Shown piece by piece: positions 21,281 to 31,600 of a stretch of DNA of 43,392 nt. The stretch covers positions 1 through 43,392 of the IMG/VR virus record IMGVR_UViG_3300045988_088117. One strand, 5' to 3'. A program made the translations under genes and the position numbers. The first letter of the stretch is position 1; each line of letters opens with the position of its first letter. The notes under the pieces are model-generated. The model saw only the letters and a program-made list of their open reading frames with translations, was not told the DNA's origin and made no database searches. This stretch comes from a virus.

Positions 21281-21601
21281 TTAATCCTCGTAAATAATCG
21301 TCATTCCGTAAGCCTTGGCAACCTCGTGTTCAATTTTGCATCCGCGTGCATTCTCCCAGCCTTTGCAGAAGTAAGCAGCATGACACAAAGACATGTTTTC
21401 AAGCGACTTCGCGAGAAAACACAAGGGAATGTTTTCAACGCCGCGTTTCTTCATGGCTTCCTGCGAATACCATTCGTCGGTGAACAGGGTATTGATGATT
21501 TCATATCCGCGCTCTTTGAGTACGGCAATAGCGCGTTCACGGGTGGCGATAATTTCTTCGTTTGTTTTACCTGCCATAGGCTGAGATAACATAGCTTTCA
21601 T
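21281..21601 (-). CDS. DUF4406-like (nucleoside 2-deoxyribosyltransferase-like fold) protein
   Basis: Contains QPMAGKTNEEI. The C-terminus KGWENARGCKIEHEVAKAYGMTIIYE resembles the DUF4406 end motif (from memory). Confidence 0.45.
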   Translation of the reverse strand: MKAMLSQPMAGKTNEEIIATRERAIAVLKERGYEIINTLFTDEWYSQEAMKKRGVENIPLCFLAKSLENMSLCHAAYFCKGWENARGCKIEHEVAKAYGMTIIYED

Positions 21602-21616
21602 TATAGTTCGCTCCTT

Positions 21617-22435
21617 TCAATCTTCCGCGATTTCCCATTTCCCTGCCATCGTGATATACACGCCGTCGCTTCTGCGAAGGGTCGTCGTGCTGACCTCTAC
21701 ATTTTCAGTGTAGTTCGCGCCATCGTTTTCTTTGGTATTTCCTGCTTTTTTATCGTCCGAGTTGCTGTCAGCGTTGCTGTCAATGCTGCTGTCAAGGGTC
21801 AGATATTCCCCCGACATGTACCCCGCCACGCCGTTTTCCAGCTTGCCGAACACCCAGCCCGTTCCGCCTGCCTCGCGGATGATGTTCACCCGCGCGCCGT
21901 CTGCGGCTTTTGCGATGACCTTTGACCGCGTGCTTGCGCCCTCGCGGATGTTGAGATATCCGCTGGTGATACTCACTGTCGCATTGCCAAAAATCTTTTC
22001 CACTTCGCTCACTTCCGCCTTTCCTCTTTCTGAATAGTCCACACCGATCATCCGATGCGCCCCCAGCCCATTCCAGCCGTTCTTTTCCGTCAGCTCAGTT
22101 TCCACCACACATCCCCGGCTCTTGCTTGAATGGATCACCGTTCCCCGCTCCGTCACCAGCCCAGTGTGGCTCACGTCGCCCGTGCCCACGCCCATGAACG
22201 CCAGCATGCCGGGCTTCGCGCCGGAAATCCCCGTCTGCCGCCAGATCAAATGACGATACTTCGGCACGCTGTCAAAGCTGTTCCAAAGCTCGTTTGTGCC
22301 CGCCGTCGTGTAGTTTTTGTCGCCGCCCGGCGCTGTGCGGATGATCTTCTTGATGAGGTTGATGCAGTCCAGCTCGCTGTAAGGCGTTCCGATCAGCGCC
22401 CGCGCTGTGCGGATGGCCTCGCTTGTTTCAATCAT
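21617..22435 (-). CDS. Endolysin: NlpC/P60 (C40) peptidase plus SH3b-like domain
   Basis: The N-terminus ARALIGTPYSELDCINL carries the catalytic Cys context, and SHTGLV carries the His. The C-terminus GYLNIREGASTRSKVI...GYMSGEYL is SH3-like. Confidence 0.8.
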   Translation of the reverse strand: MIETSEAIRTARALIGTPYSELDCINLIKKIIRTAPGGDKNYTTAGTNELWNSFDSVPKYRHLIWRQTGISGAKPGMLAFMGVGTGDVSHTGLVTERGTVIHSSKSRGCVVETELTEKNGWNGLGAHRMIGVDYSERGKAEVSEVEKIFGNATVSITSGYLNIREGASTRSKVIAKAADGARVNIIREAGGTGWVFGKLENGVAGYMSGEYLTLDSSIDSNADSNSDDKKAGNTKENDGANYTENVEVSTTTLRRSDGVYITMAGKWEIAED

Positions 22436-22458
22436 TGGCTTTTCCTCCTTTCCGTTTT

Positions 22459-22644
22459 TTATCCGAGCAAATGCCCTCGCAGCCGATGGAACTGTTTCAG
22501 CGTCCGTCTGCGGGCTAAAGCATACTTTCGGATGTTTTCTTCCGTCGGTTCGATGCCCCAGCCGTACAGGTAGTCAGTAATGTACTCGATGGCCCATTTC
22601 CGCGCCTGTTTTCTTTGCATTTCATATTCTTTTTTGCTTTTCAT
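22459..22644 (-). CDS. Hypothetical small basic protein (61 aa)
   Basis: ATG at 22644 overlaps the upstream TGA (ATGA junction). Confidence 0.5.
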   Translation of the reverse strand: MKSKKEYEMQRKQARKWAIEYITDYLYGWGIEPTEENIRKYALARRRTLKQFHRLRGHLLG

Positions 22645-22739
22645 TCGTCCCACGCACCTCCCGCGCGGATGAAGCGGCCAACCAGACAGCCGGCCGCGAA
22701 GATGATTGCGCCGCCGACGATGATGCCAAGAATAATCAT
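22641..22739 (-). CDS. 32-aa single-TM peptide (MIILGIIVGGAIIFAAGCLVGRFIRAGGAWDE)
   Basis: Hand-translated. RBS is GGGAGGAGG. The ORF is below the track cutoff. Confidence 0.45.
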   Translation of the reverse strand: MIILGIIVGGAIIFAAGCLVGRFIRAGGAWDE

Positions 22740-22760
22740 GGTTTTGCCTCCTCCCGTTAA

Positions 22761-22934
22761 TTAAGCCTGTTCGGTTGCTTGGCCGCCCAGAATTTCTTCC
22801 AGCTTTTCTCGTCTGATTTTTCCTGATCTAACGCGCTTTTCAAGCTCCGCTTTCACTGCTTCCTTGCGTTCTTCCGGGACTTGATCCCATGTTTTGTCCC
22901 CGGCAATCAACCGATTCGCCCAGATTTTTGCCAT
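22761..22934 (-). CDS. Small conserved phage protein (57 aa; MAKIWANRLIAGDKTWDQVPEERKEAVKAEL...)
   Basis: Hand-translated, with a TAATG coupling junction. The motif recurs in Firmicutes phages near tail-fibre and lysis genes (from memory). Confidence 0.5.
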   Translation of the reverse strand: MAKIWANRLIAGDKTWDQVPEERKEAVKAELEKRVRSGKIRREKLEEILGGQATEQA

Positions 22935-23110
22935 TATTCAACGCCTCCATCAATGTCACACAATGCGTTTTCAATGTCCGCCAGTCTGGCGGTGTAGTTC
23001 TCTTCTAGCTCGCACAGCGCCGCCTCTAACTCTGCGTTGGTGCAAACAGTCTGGGGTTGCAAGTCGTCCCAAGTCAAACCGTTGGCTTTTAACACTTTCT
23101 CAAGCAGCAT
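22934..23110 (-). CDS. Hypothetical small protein (58 aa)
   Basis: ATG at 23110 follows a TAAGGAG RBS (MLLEKVLKANGLTWDDLQ...). Confidence 0.5.
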   Translation of the reverse strand: MLLEKVLKANGLTWDDLQPQTVCTNAELEAALCELEENYTARLADIENALCDIDGGVE

Positions 23111-23117
23111 ATTTTTA

Positions 23118-24911
23118 TCACTCCTTAACGGCTTTCGCAATGTCAACGGCAAACACGATTTCGCTTGGCACCGCCAGCTCAAATCCCTCGTCCAGTTTAG
23201 GGTAGTGCATTTGCACCGTGCCGCCAGATGCTACTGTGAGCAATTCCAGATCGTCCACCCAAGCAGCAGACAGGTCGATGATTTCCGGGGTATCAAGGGC
23301 TGTCCATACGCCGTTCTGGGTCATACTGCCTACATGGTGGTATGACTTTGCCTCAAAGTCGATGTAATTGTAGGATTCAGCCGTTCCCTGACCGTAGTCC
23401 GGGCACAGCGCCAACATTCCCGTCGGCAGGGCAGTGGTGTGGATAACCTCTCTGCCTGCTCTTTTGCTTACCACGCTGTCAATAGAGGCTACAATCAAAT
23501 CGGCGGTATAGGGTTCGAAATGATGTGCCGTATTGCCCGGCTCAAGCATAATGTCTGATATGGTGGTGACGCTGCCGATAGACACTATTTGGTTGGTATT
23601 TCCGAGCAAAACAAATTCGATTTTTGTAAAATCATCTGAAACATCAATCGTTACTTCTTGTGCATTAGATGTCACAGTAGCCTGCAAAATATTTTTTCCG
23701 TCCTGAGAATAAAATCGCACGATCAACCCGCCCGTGCCAACTATTTCGGCGTGCAGCGTATACGTCCCGGCAAGGCCGTTTATGTCTTTCTTTTGGTAGC
23801 TTTGTCGGTAGGTACCTGAGGACAAAGTCGTTAGCGTATAATTATAATTTCCGTTTTTTGTCACGCTTAATTGGGAAGATGACGCAGGGAAATCATCTGG
23901 AAGCACCTGATATCCTTTGCGGCTCATACCGCCGATCTTGCGAAGCCCTGCATAATCTTTCGTTCCGACGGGGACATCAACCTCGGAGCCACTGCCCACA
24001 ACAGTTTTGCAATCGTAGGTGTACCCCTGCTGCATTTTGATAGCATACCGTGCTGCTGCTTCTGCGCGCTCAGCTCGTTTTTCAGTTTTTTCGAGCTTTC
24101 CGGATAGCGCGATAGCATCTCCTGTTATTTGATTGATTGCTTCTCCCGTAGCTTTCGCGTCCGCCGCCTCGCCCTCCTGGGTCAGCGTCGCGTCGATGAC
24201 GGCATCCTTGCCCGGTTCGCCTTTTGCGCCTTGCGGCCCTTGCGGCCCTACCGCGCCTTCCGTTCCTTGCGGTCCGGTTGCGCCCGTGTCACCCTTGGGA
24301 CCTCGCAGGCTTTCAAGTTGTTCGGGCGTGAAATCGTCAAAGGTAAACGCGTCTCCTTTTGCGCCCGTTTCGCCCTGCGGGCCGGTGTCTCCCTTCTCGC
24401 CCCTGTCGCCCTTGTCTCCTTTTTCGCCCTTGGGTCCCTGCGGGCCAATCGGGCCTGTTTCACCCCTGTCTCCCTTCGGGCCGCGGAAGGATTCCAGCTT
24501 GACCTCCATGCTGCTCACATTTTTGGTCTCACAGGTGCATGCAGGGCATCCGTTTGCTTCAAGCACGACAAAACATCCGGGCGGTTCAGGCGTGATCATT
24601 TCCCGATAACCCGTAATCTTTCCGTTGCTTTCCGTCACGTCCAGTGCAAACCGAATCGCATAGGTATATGCTCTGTGCCTTTTGGAGAGGTTCTCCGTAT
24701 CCGTTCCGGAAAACATGAGCTTACAAACGCCGTCGTCATCCGGCGTGACCGTTTTGTTGATGACGATCCTGCCGTCCGGCATTTCCGCCACCATGAAAAA
24801 CATCCGGTCTTGGCTCGTCGGTACATAGCCTGTTGGCACAATCGCCAACAAGCCCGTATCGCCTCGCGTAATGGTAATTTGGCCTTTCCTCGCATCAAAC
24901 ATAGTCGCCAC
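23118..24911 (-). CDS. Tail fibre / receptor-binding protein with collagen-like G-X-Y repeats
   Basis: 597 aa. An N-terminal domain is paralogous to ORF 26581..26946. G-X-Y runs include GPKGDRGETGPIGPQGPKGEKGDKGDRGEKGDTGPQGETGAKGD. Confidence 0.75.
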   Translation of the reverse strand: MATMFDARKGQITITRGDTGLLAIVPTGYVPTSQDRMFFMVAEMPDGRIVINKTVTPDDDGVCKLMFSGTDTENLSKRHRAYTYAIRFALDVTESNGKITGYREMITPEPPGCFVVLEANGCPACTCETKNVSSMEVKLESFRGPKGDRGETGPIGPQGPKGEKGDKGDRGEKGDTGPQGETGAKGDAFTFDDFTPEQLESLRGPKGDTGATGPQGTEGAVGPQGPQGAKGEPGKDAVIDATLTQEGEAADAKATGEAINQITGDAIALSGKLEKTEKRAERAEAAARYAIKMQQGYTYDCKTVVGSGSEVDVPVGTKDYAGLRKIGGMSRKGYQVLPDDFPASSSQLSVTKNGNYNYTLTTLSSGTYRQSYQKKDINGLAGTYTLHAEIVGTGGLIVRFYSQDGKNILQATVTSNAQEVTIDVSDDFTKIEFVLLGNTNQIVSIGSVTTISDIMLEPGNTAHHFEPYTADLIVASIDSVVSKRAGREVIHTTALPTGMLALCPDYGQGTAESYNYIDFEAKSYHHVGSMTQNGVWTALDTPEIIDLSAAWVDDLELLTVASGGTVQMHYPKLDEGFELAVPSEIVFAVDIAKAVKE

Positions 24912-24912
24912 C

Positions 24913-25068
24913 TCAGCCCATGTTCAGCGCTTCGCGGATGGCTTCTAGGTCGTCGGTCGTCAGTGCGGGATAATCCGCCGCGATATCGGCAAAATCCTCG
25001 CCGTTGGCAATGCGAATTCTAAACGCACGGGTCATAATGCGCAGCTTCAAAGCATTCAAAGTTTTCAT
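24913..25068 (-). CDS. Small XkdX-like protein (51 aa)
   Basis: Hand-translated as MKTLNALKLRIMTRAFRIRIANGEDFADIAADYPALTTDDLEAIREALNMG. RBS is GGAGGA. Confidence 0.4.
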   Translation of the reverse strand: MKTLNALKLRIMTRAFRIRIANGEDFADIAADYPALTTDDLEAIREALNMG

Positions 25069-25073
25069 CTTTT

Positions 25074-25448
25074 TTATCCTCCAATCAAATCAGCCATCAT
25101 CAAAATCAGATCGTCGTTTGCGGATTCCAGCGCGTCCGTGCGCTGCTCCACGTTGTTCACGCGCTCCTCAGTCGTCAGCGGCGGCGCGGGCAATGCGTCA
25201 AAGTCCGCGTCCATCTCGGCCTGTGTCCGCTGCGCAACCAGCCCGTCCACGAGCTTGTAGCGGTACACGCCGCGCTCATCCGTGAGCGGCTTGAGCAGAT
25301 AGTTGTTCTGCGCGTGCCGGTATCGGTCGCCCTCGCCCTCGTCGATAGCCGTCCAGCTGTCGCCGCTCACAAACGCGTCGCTGTTGATCGCCGTCACGCG
25401 CCCAGCATCGTCGGTCTGCACCAGCACTTTGCAGCTCTCTGTGTCCAT
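25074..25448 (-). CDS. Hypothetical fibre-associated protein (124 aa)
   Basis: Listed ORF lying between the fibre genes. Confidence 0.55.
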   Translation of the reverse strand: MDTESCKVLVQTDDAGRVTAINSDAFVSGDSWTAIDEGEGDRYRHAQNNYLLKPLTDERGVYRYKLVDGLVAQRTQAEMDADFDALPAPPLTTEERVNNVEQRTDALESANDDLILMMADLIGG

Positions 25449-25460
25449 GTCATCCCTCCT

Positions 25461-26579
25461 TTACAGGTCGGCAGAAATGTCAATATCTCCCTGCGGCGTA
25501 ATCACGCCCGTGCAGATGCCCGTTACAGATACCGCGCACTTGACGGCGACGCGGTTTGCGTTTGTGTTATGCGCCGTAGCCGTCTCTGTCGTCGTTCCCT
25601 GCGCGCTACCCAGCGTGTAGTAAAACTTCCCCCCGCCTGTTACGGTCGGCGCGATCCGCATCGCCTGAGTCAGCGGAATAAACGCGTAAGCCACGCTGCC
25701 CGTGGCGTACCCGGCGAACGTCTGCGCATTGCCCTTAATCTTCCGATAATATCGCAAACATTCGGCCAGTTCCGCCGCGTATCCCTTCGGCACATACGGC
25801 GGCAGGGTCTCCGCCGTGTATTCGCCCTCGTAGAGCGCCGCCCAGCGGACGACCGCCGCCGTGCCGGTGCTGCCTGTGTCCGGCGAAATGTACACGTTCA
25901 CCACTTCGTCCCCGGTCAGGCCATCCGGCTTTGTCAGCTTCAGCACCAGCGTGCGCTCCGCCGCGTCGCCCTGAAAATACGCCGTGCCAAAATTCGTCGT
26001 GCCGCTGCCGATGTAGACAAACAGTCGGCACGGCACCGGAAAAACGCCGCGTACCGCAAACGTCATCACGTCGGCAAACCGTTTCGCCTCGATCCGCTGC
26101 TGAATGCCCGCCGTCCAGCTCGTCTTGTCCGACACGATTTTCAGCCCGTCTGCCGCCTGTGAAACCGTCGCGCCGTTTGTCCGCATCCAGCGATCCACAG
26201 CATACCCGGTCGCGCCGTGCGCCCCGTTCACGCCCGCCTGCGCAACCGGGTGGACAAAATCGCTGTTGTCCAGCAGGTTGTATACGCACGCGCCCGTGTC
26301 GCCCTTTGCCCCGGTTGCGCCCGTATCGCCCTGTGGCCCCTGCTCGCCCTTCGGCCCTTGCGCTCCCTGTGCCTGTACGCCCGTATCCAGTTCGCCGACA
26401 AACCAGTTGCCGTTCTCGCCGATGTACGGCGACGCGCCGGACGGCCCCGTCAGTTCCGCTTTCTGTTCCGGGGTCAGGTCGTCAAAGGTCAGGTTGAACG
26501 TCTCCTTCGCGCGTTCGATGTGAACGCGCATTGGCGCGCACTGTACGCAGCCCGTGCAGCATCTCTCGTTTTCCTTCAT
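25461..26579 (-). CDS. Tail fibre protein with a collagen-like segment (372 aa)
   Basis: ATG at 26579 follows an AAGGAGGG RBS. Contains GAQGPKGEQGPQGDTGATGAKGDTG. Confidence 0.7.
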   Translation of the reverse strand: MKENERCCTGCVQCAPMRVHIERAKETFNLTFDDLTPEQKAELTGPSGASPYIGENGNWFVGELDTGVQAQGAQGPKGEQGPQGDTGATGAKGDTGACVYNLLDNSDFVHPVAQAGVNGAHGATGYAVDRWMRTNGATVSQAADGLKIVSDKTSWTAGIQQRIEAKRFADVMTFAVRGVFPVPCRLFVYIGSGTTNFGTAYFQGDAAERTLVLKLTKPDGLTGDEVVNVYISPDTGSTGTAAVVRWAALYEGEYTAETLPPYVPKGYAAELAECLRYYRKIKGNAQTFAGYATGSVAYAFIPLTQAMRIAPTVTGGGKFYYTLGSAQGTTTETATAHNTNANRVAVKCAVSVTGICTGVITPQGDIDISADL

Positions 26580-26580
26580 T

Positions 26581-26946
26581 TCATCCCTCCTTGAGTGCAT
26601 CCACAATGTCCATTCTCCCCGGCGCGCACGGCGTAATCACCTCGCGGCAGGCCGTCACCTTTCCCTTGGCGTCCACCGCCGCTTCCAGGGCGAACCGAAT
26701 GTCCCAGACATAGCTTCCGGGTCTGAGCCGCGCCGTGTCCGCGCTGACAAACTCGATCTTCACGCGCCCATCCGCCTCCGGCACAATCGTCTTTTCCATC
26801 ACCGCGCGCCGCCCCGGCTTCTCCCGCACCGTGAAAACCGCCCGGTCTTCCGCCGTCGGCACATAGTCTCCTTCGTCCGGAATCACCGCCAGCAGCCCGG
26901 TGTCGCCCGCCGTCATCATGATCTGCATCCCGTTTACGCGAAACAC
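26581..26946 (-). CDS. Fibre N-terminal-domain paralog (121 aa)
   Basis: The GTG start has an AGGAGG RBS. MFRVNGMQIMMTAGDTGLLAVIP aligns with MFDARKGQITITRGDTGLLAIVP of the 597-aa fibre. Confidence 0.6.
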   Translation of the reverse strand: MFRVNGMQIMMTAGDTGLLAVIPDEGDYVPTAEDRAVFTVREKPGRRAVMEKTIVPEADGRVKIEFVSADTARLRPGSYVWDIRFALEAAVDAKGKVTACREVITPCAPGRMDIVDALKEG

Positions 26947-27800
26947 GCCTTCATCCTCCTTGTAAAGACCCGCACGCCGTCCCGAATCAGGCCGCCCGCT
27001 TTCACGCCGTTCAGCCAGATTTCCGAGAGCTGCACGCCGTTGAAAAATACCGGCAGCAGGTCGTCCTGTGTCCCGCGCAGAATCACAATGCCGCTTCCGC
27101 CCGCGGCCGCTTCGCCGCCCATGGTCCCTTCTTCATAACCGCCGCCCGGCCCGCCTGCGCCGCCGCCCGTGCTGACCTGTCCGGGGTGGCCGTAGCCGCC
27201 GTCCACGCCGTCCGTGCCGCCCGTGCCGCCGTTGCCTCCGCCGCCTGCGCCGCCCTTCGCGCCGCCGATCCAGGTTCCGCCGCCGCCGCCACCTCCGCCG
27301 CCGTAGGGGCCGAAACCCAGCACATAGCCGCCGTCGCCGCCTTCCGTTGGCGACGCACCGACCTCGCTGCCGCCCCGGCCGCCTGCACCCGTGCCCGCGC
27401 CCGGCGTGCCGCTGTCCTTCCAGCCCATTTTTCCCGCGCCTTTTCCGCCTGCCGCCGAAACGCCGAGGGCAGAGGTCGTCCCGCCGTCGTTGCCCGCCGC
27501 CCATGCGGCAGGCGCTGCGCCGCCCGCGCCAACCGTGACGGCGTAACCCTTTTTCGCCTCTATGGCGGCTTTGCCGCTGGCCAGATAGCCGCCGCCTCCG
27601 CCGCTTCCACCCGCCGGGTTTCCGGCCTGCCGAACGCAGGCGCTCGACCCGCCGCCGCCCACGCAGCCCACGTCTACGCCCGCTTTCGCATACTCAAAGG
27701 TCAGCGTGCCGGAGGTCGTCAGAAAGATGTACCAGTAGGTGTCGTCGCTTCCCGTGGAGCATTGCCCCGTGTAGCTGAATTTTGGAATCTTCTTCGCCAT
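26934..27800 (-). CDS. Glycine-rich tail/fibre-associated protein (288 aa)
   Basis: Long GGxGG tracts are flanked by ordinary N- and C-terminal segments. Confidence 0.6.
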   Translation of the reverse strand: MAKKIPKFSYTGQCSTGSDDTYWYIFLTTSGTLTFEYAKAGVDVGCVGGGGSSACVRQAGNPAGGSGGGGGYLASGKAAIEAKKGYAVTVGAGGAAPAAWAAGNDGGTTSALGVSAAGGKGAGKMGWKDSGTPGAGTGAGGRGGSEVGASPTEGGDGGYVLGFGPYGGGGGGGGGTWIGGAKGGAGGGGNGGTGGTDGVDGGYGHPGQVSTGGGAGGPGGGYEEGTMGGEAAAGGSGIVILRGTQDDLLPVFFNGVQLSEIWLNGVKAGGLIRDGVRVFTRRMKACFA

Positions 27801-27812
27801 TCTCTCACCCCG

Positions 27813-28601
27813 TCACGTCGTCGTGATGTAAAGCACGGTGCCGCTCAGGGTAAACGTCACCCCCGCCGGGCCTTTCGGCCCTTGCGGCCCGGTTGCGCCC
27901 GTCGCGCCTTTGTCGCCCTTGTCCCCTTTGTCCCCCTTTTCGCCCTTCGGCCCGCGCTCAAGTCCCAGCGTCAGCACCTTCTTTGTCCCGTCATCGGTCA
28001 GCGTCGCCGTGCTTCCGCTCCCGTAGTTGCGTGTCGCGGCCTGCACCGTCATCTTCGATAGGTGATCTGTCTGCGTGTTCGCCGCCTTCGTCGCCTCCAG
28101 CGCGTTCTCCGCCGCCGCGTTCGTCTCCGAAATCGCCGTGTTCATCTTCGAGAGCGTTAGGTTGATTTCCGCCACCAGCGCGTCCCACGCGTTCCCCTGG
28201 CTCGGCGTGACCTGAGACCCCGGCGCAGGGCGGCTGATCGGGGTGAAACTCCCCTCGTAGCAGGTCTTCGCCCGCACTTCATCCTCCGTCGCGCCGTAGC
28301 TCACATAGACAAAGACCTTGACCGCGCTGCTTCTGGTCAGATACGCGTCCGGAATCTCCGCTTCCCAGCAGCCCGTCTGCGCATCGAAAGCCGCCAGCCG
28401 CGTTTCCGTCTGGCTGTCCCCGATGTAGCCGTATTGCGCCTGCACCGTCACCGCGTCGCCGGCCAGAAATTCGTCCATTTCCGCCAATTCTTCCGGCGTG
28501 GGCAGCCCGTGCATCCGCAGCCGCTGACCCGTGTCGTATTGATAAATCCCGCCGATTGCCGCGCTCTTGTGCGTGGCCTGCTCAAAACTCGCTTCAATCA
28601 T
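27813..28601 (-). CDS. Tail/baseplate-type protein with a C-terminal collagen-like repeat (262 aa)
   Basis: RBS is TAAGGAGGG. Contains GPKGEKGDKGDKGDKGATGATGPQGPKGPAG. Confidence 0.65.
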   Translation of the reverse strand: MIEASFEQATHKSAAIGGIYQYDTGQRLRMHGLPTPEELAEMDEFLAGDAVTVQAQYGYIGDSQTETRLAAFDAQTGCWEAEIPDAYLTRSSAVKVFVYVSYGATEDEVRAKTCYEGSFTPISRPAPGSQVTPSQGNAWDALVAEINLTLSKMNTAISETNAAAENALEATKAANTQTDHLSKMTVQAATRNYGSGSTATLTDDGTKKVLTLGLERGPKGEKGDKGDKGDKGATGATGPQGPKGPAGVTFTLSGTVLYITTT

Positions 28602-28613
28602 CGTAAACCCTCC

Positions 28614-31600
28614 TTACTTTTGCTTTTTGATGGTCGTGCCGCCGTTAAGTGTCTTGAGCATGCCCGTCAACAGGCTTTCACCAGTGACCCATTTTTCCTG
28701 ATATTTTGCAAACTCCTGATTGACCTCCAAAGCCAATTCGCACATTTTGGCTCGGATGCGGCTGCTTTTTTCGTATTTTTCCTCGTCCGTCAAATCCGTG
28801 CGTGCGTTGATGGCTTTGATCGTCTCATACCCTTCGCTGATGGTCTTTTTGGCTTCGTAGATCGTTCCGCCGCTGTGCGTCATATCGTAGGCGACGTCAT
28901 ACGCCTTTTGTGCCTGTCTCGGTGTCAGGTCTCCGCGCAGCATGTTCAGTTCGCGTCCGTTGTCTCCTGCCTTGACCACTGTTGTCAGGAATGTATTGGC
29001 GTTGTAGACCTCGCTGACAACATCATTGCTCTTGAGCGGGTCACTCGTCAGCATCTTTTGGGCGTATGCCGTAAATGCCGTCACAGGGCTGTCGCCGCCC
29101 AGTGTCGGAATGGCAACCTGTCCCGCGAATCCTGTGTATTGCTGTGCCATATATTGCAGCATCATCGGGCTGATCTCCGCGCCAGACAACGAATGAATAA
29201 AGCGAGACAATCTGATGAACGCGTCCGGCGTGTCCTCCGTATACTGCGTTGTCGCGTCCCAGCTCTCCATGTAGCTGGGCACGATGCGGCTGCCGTACCA
29301 GTTTTTGTTGGTCTGCGTCGCAATTATCGGGTCAAAAATCGTGCTTCCGACAGGATTAAGGCTATCTACCATCGTCGCAAACGTCGTCGCCATGTCGATG
29401 GTGAATTCGTCCCCCTTGCCGGATTCCAGCGCGTTGAACACCATCGCGTGCGTAAAGTAGTCAAGGGGATTCTGGTCAATGGGGATACGGATGAGCGGCG
29501 CGTCTCCGAATACGTCCGGCGCAAAATTGGGAATGAAGAAATGCCCATTTTTCAGGTCGTCGCTCAAAAACGCAAATTGTTCTTTGTCCTCGTCGTCAAG
29601 GAATTTGGCTCTCAGTCCGGCGCATACCGCCGTAAACAGTCCTGTGTTGACAACAGAGCGCATGACGCGACTGACCACTTGCCCGCGCTCCTGCGCTGTA
29701 AACTGCCGTCCGGTGCGGTATACGCCTTGCAAACTCGCATTCATAAACGGAACGACGTTGCGGATGCCGCGTCCGATGCTGCTTGCGCCCTTTCTGCCAA
29801 AATCGACCGTGCTTTCTTGGGAGGCGCGGTAGGCTTCCGCTCGTCCCTCAGCCGTCGTCAGATCGTGCTTACCATAGAGATATTCGGCTACGCGGGTCGT
29901 TTTCTCGATAAACTCGTTCGGCTTTTGCAGGGTTGCGTATTCCCAGAGTTTTTTTCCTGCCCATTTCGCTGTACCCGCAAGCGTACTCGTATCATAGTTT
30001 TTGAAGTATTCCATGTTCAGCGGCGTCCATTTGCCGTCACTTGTGTGGAATAGCCTTTCCGTTGTATACAACGTGTGCCGCAGGTCTTTAATGCCCTTTT
30101 GGGTTGTATCAATGCGCCCGTCGTTTCCGCCCAGCGCGTCATAGCCCTTTACCGCCTCATCTCCGCTTGCGATTCTGTATGCGGTCATCAGCCATTTCGC
30201 CGCGCCGTCCAGATAACTCTTTGCCCATGTGCCGTAGTTGACACCGTTCTGGAAGTCTCTCGCGAAGTTGCGCAAACCAAACACCGAGTTCGCGCCCGTC
30301 GTCAGGAACGTCATGGCGCGTGTGCCGCGTCCGATAAAGTCCGTAACCTGCTTTCCTCCGTCCGGCGTGTTCGCCATCATCCTGAAAAACGGCTCGTTGA
30401 GGATTTCGATTTTGCTCGTGCTTCCGTCGTCATTCCATACCGTGATGACGTTCTGCCCGTCCGCGCTGCTCTCATCGGCATTGGCACGAATCAAATCACC
30501 GAATTCCCCGTTCAGCGGGTCAAATTGCACCGTCTTATCCGGCTTTGCATCGGTTTCGATTTTGTGCGCGATTTCACCGAGTCCCTCGTGGGTGTCCAAC
30601 AGCATTTCAAGCTTTTGCGCCGCCTGATTAGTCATGTCCTGCCGCACAATCCGCCCGACCATCTCAAGCATGCTGTCCATCGGGTTCAGGATCAGCTCGG
30701 TGCTTCCCTTCGCCTGACGAACGGAGAACCCGGCTTTTTTTGCCTGCTCAAGCGAAAAATCGCCGTCCTTGATGCGATATGTAGGCGCATAATAAGGGTA
30801 GATGCTTTGAAAATATTTCCATCCCGCTTCATCCAGTCTGCCGCTTGATACAAGATACTCGTGCGTAAAGGCGTTCCACGTTTTGAGCAGACTATCAACC
30901 GTCTTTGCGTATTCCGGATGCGTTTTATCCTTTTCCGCGATAAACGCACGCCGTTCCGCGTTTGACGCAAACCCGTCGTCAAATACAGGCTTGTTTTGCT
31001 TGTCCCTGTCGATACTGTCCTTGACAAGCCAATACAGCTCAAAATCCTTGTAATCCTTGCCTTTCAGCCCGCCGTCCTTGATTGCGTCCGCAAAGCTGCC
31101 GCCGATAATCGTGCTGCCGTCTCTTGCTACAAGCCCGTCGCCGATGATATACAGCGCACGCTCGTCCGCTTTGTTCCGCAGCAGCACCGCGTCTCGCAGG
31201 TTCTCGGAAAACGCCACGGTGCTTTCACCAGTCTCCGCCCTGATTTTCGCATTGATCAGTTCCGCCGGGGCGGACGAATCGACAAACTCATAGGTGAGCC
31301 GCATCATCTTTTCCTTGAGCGTTTCCTTTTCCTTCGCGTTTGTGCGGTCTACGACCATGCTTTGCAGCCGATCCTGTGTGCTCTGATTCAGCCATTTGCG
31401 GATGTCGTTTTTGTAAAGGTCGAACGCCTTGTCATATCCGCTCTGCCGCATCTGGTAATCAAACGTGTCGGTAAACGCATCACCCGCGAATCGTCTGCCC
31501 TGCTCGTCGCTCAGCACACGCCGCCAGACGTATTCCGCCATCGCCTCTCCCGCCATCTCCGCATCCGTGTAGTTTTTCGCCCACGATGCGTTTTCGGCTT

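Noticed and set aside
24240-24480. Collagen-like DNA periodicity as a non-coding tandem repeat, VNTR, or DGR template/variable repeat pair
   Set aside because: The periodicity is the coding G-X-Y triplet pattern inside long ORFs. No reverse transcriptase gene and no near-identical template/variable repeat pair was seen anywhere in the window.
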